DNA of 64,000 nucleotides from Pseudogymnoascus verrucosus (Eukaryota): NCBI GenBank assembly GCA_001662655.1, contig KV460260.1; one strand, 5' to 3'. Shown piece by piece: positions 62,278 to 64,000 of this stretch (position 1 is its first letter; each line of letters starts with the position of its first letter). The notes under the pieces were generated by a model. It saw only the letters and a program-made list of their open reading frames with translations, ran no database searches and was not told where the DNA came from. The position numbers and the translations under genes were made by a program.

Positions 62278-63192
62278 ATGCCCACCACCCTCGAAGCCAA
62301 AATCGTCGTCCTCGGCGCCCAAGGCGTCGGCAAAACCTCCCTCGTCCATCGCTACATCCACAGCACCTTCCTCCCTCCCCACCCCTCCACAATCGGTGCA
62401 TCCTTCTTGACGAAACGAATCCACGACACCGATTCCAACACCCTTGTGCGGCTGCAACTCTGGGATACTGCTGGACAGGAGCGGTTCAGGTCGATCTCGC
62501 GACTGTATTATAGAGGAGCGAACGCGTGTATAATCTGCTACTCCATCACCGACGCAGCCAGCTTCGAGGAAATGGGCCGGTGGCTAGCGGAGCTACGGCG
62601 GGAGTTGGGAGAGGGCGTTGTGCTACACGTCGTCGGCACCAAAGCGGATATTGTGGCGAGGGAGCCGGGGAAGAGGGAGGTCCCATTTGAGAGGTGTATT
62701 GCGTATGTGGCGGAGAATCTGTATCCGGCGCTCAGCTCGACGCCGCCCTTGACTGCTACGGCGGATGGGGCGGGGTTTGGGGGGAGGTCGAGAGCGACGA
62801 GTGGTGGGACGGGGGAGCTGAGGAGTCCGGGCGCTACGAGCAAACGGAGTAGTGGGTTCTGGGGACAGGATGTTGGGTGGGATTGTTGTCATGAGATCTC
62901 TGCTGAGAGCGGCGAAGGCGTCGATGAAGTCTTTCGAGTCGTTACGCGGAAATTGGTGGAACAAGCCAGGAAACGGGAGGAGGAAGGTGAAGGGGCTGCG
63001 GGGGCAGAGGAAGGGGGGGAATATTTTGGAGGGGAGGCGGGGAGGGGGAGTTTTAGGGTCGGGAGGGATAGGAGGAGTTGGTTGGGGTTTCCGACGGGGA
63101 TTGGGATGGAGGATGTTATTGAGGAAGGTGGGGGCCCGATTGGGGGGGCGGGGGTGGGGGGGAAGAAGGGGAAGGGGAGGAAGTGTTGTTAG
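62278..63192 (+). CDS. Atypical Rab GTPase (Rab5/Rab24-related)
   Basis: GAQGVGKT, STIGASF, WDTAGQERF, YYRGA, GTKAD, EISA, C-terminal CC prenylation motif. Confidence 0.9.
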   Translation: MPTTLEAKIVVLGAQGVGKTSLVHRYIHSTFLPPHPSTIGASFLTKRIHDTDSNTLVRLQLWDTAGQERFRSISRLYYRGANACIICYSITDAASFEEMGRWLAELRRELGEGVVLHVVGTKADIVAREPGKREVPFERCIAYVAENLYPALSSTPPLTATADGAGFGGRSRATSGGTGELRSPGATSKRSSGFWGQDVGWDCCHEISAESGEGVDEVFRVVTRKLVEQARKREEEGEGAAGAEEGGEYFGGEAGRGSFRVGRDRRSWLGFPTGIGMEDVIEEGGGPIGGAGVGGKKGKGRKCC

Positions 63193-64000
63193 GTTTTTGG
63201 GGTTTGTGTTAGGAGGGGAGAGTTTGTTGTGATAGGGGGCTGATGGGATGGGTTGGATTTGTTTGGTTTGGTTTGGGCGGAAAGGATTCTTGGGTAGATG
63301 GATGGGATGGCTGCATTGGGCATTTGGGGCGGGTTGGGGGAGGGGGCGTTATATCTGGGTTTTGGCGTTGGATGTTCTGGAATCATTACGCGTGAGTGCG
63401 TTTCACACGATATTGTTTTTTGTGGTGTTTGGTTGTGAATACATGGTGCTGGCGATGGTGATATGTGTATGATACCCCTTTCCATCCGAGGATCCCAGTC
63501 AGCATCCATACACCCGGAACCTGCTTTCAGAGAAGCTGAGCCTCGATAGCTGGATTATCTCCAAACCCAAGAATGGATACCCGAAGCAATACAGAAGAAG
63601 ATGAGATGGATGCTGAGAACCATAAAATCTTTAACAGCCGGTCCCCCGCTTACACAAGTTATAAGGAGGCACAGGGAAGGACCAGAATGTTTGTGGCAGG
63701 TATGGAGATTCGAGAACTTCAGCCTAACGAAATGTGGATGGGTGGAGGCGGGGATGAAACTCTTACTTTTTTGTTGTTAAGGTCAGAGTAACCCTTTTGA
63801 CCAGAACGGAGGCGGATACCGACCTGGAGGTGGGAAGATCCATTCCCAGTGCTTTAGATGTGCAGAATTCTGGGCTGAAAGGACCGTGTTGTTGCTACCG
63901 CCACCTCTTCTTGTGGCCATAAGGCATTTCTTGTCGAGAACTCTCTCTTCTCACCTACTTCTGTCGTCGTTGCCCTCCACCCCCGCCGTTGCCATCTACT

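Noticed and set aside
63573..64000. Possible gene fragment at the window end
   Set aside because: No recognisable motif or consistent exon structure; cannot be supported.

Overview
Filamentous ascomycete DNA, with short GT..CTAAC..AG introns and RIP-like decayed repeats. Gene style suggests a Leotiomycete such as Pseudogymnoascus, but that is inference only. The window has two compartments. (1) About 1-16,000 is an accessory island of nested, RIP-damaged Fot1/pogo-type (ACGT-TIR, TA-target) transposons, MITEs and solo LTRs. It holds an intact HNH-nuclease gene, a pseudogenised NACHT/NLR-like gene, a decayed ferric-reductase gene of the type common in Starship cargo, and a frameshifted GH29 alpha-L-fucosidase. 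Its most striking feature is an intact, spliced, secreted cystatin gene (6381-6947, minus strand) whose motif and cysteine spacing match animal type-2 cystatins, a family generally considered rare or absent in fungi. (2) About 16,500-64,000 is a gene-dense core region: ERG9, UDP-rhamnose epimerase/reductase, DJP1-like, IRC21-like, NBS1, TRM1, inositol monophosphatase, NSE1, tRNA-Asn, a SYLF protein, BRE2, TRM734/WDR6, PIL1/LSP1, MAK31, RAD2, a DAGK/sphingosine-kinase-like gene, a GPI-anchored S41 peptidase and an atypical Rab. A candidate structured ncRNA lies near 61.4 kb. All calls were made by eye from motifs; no searches were run.
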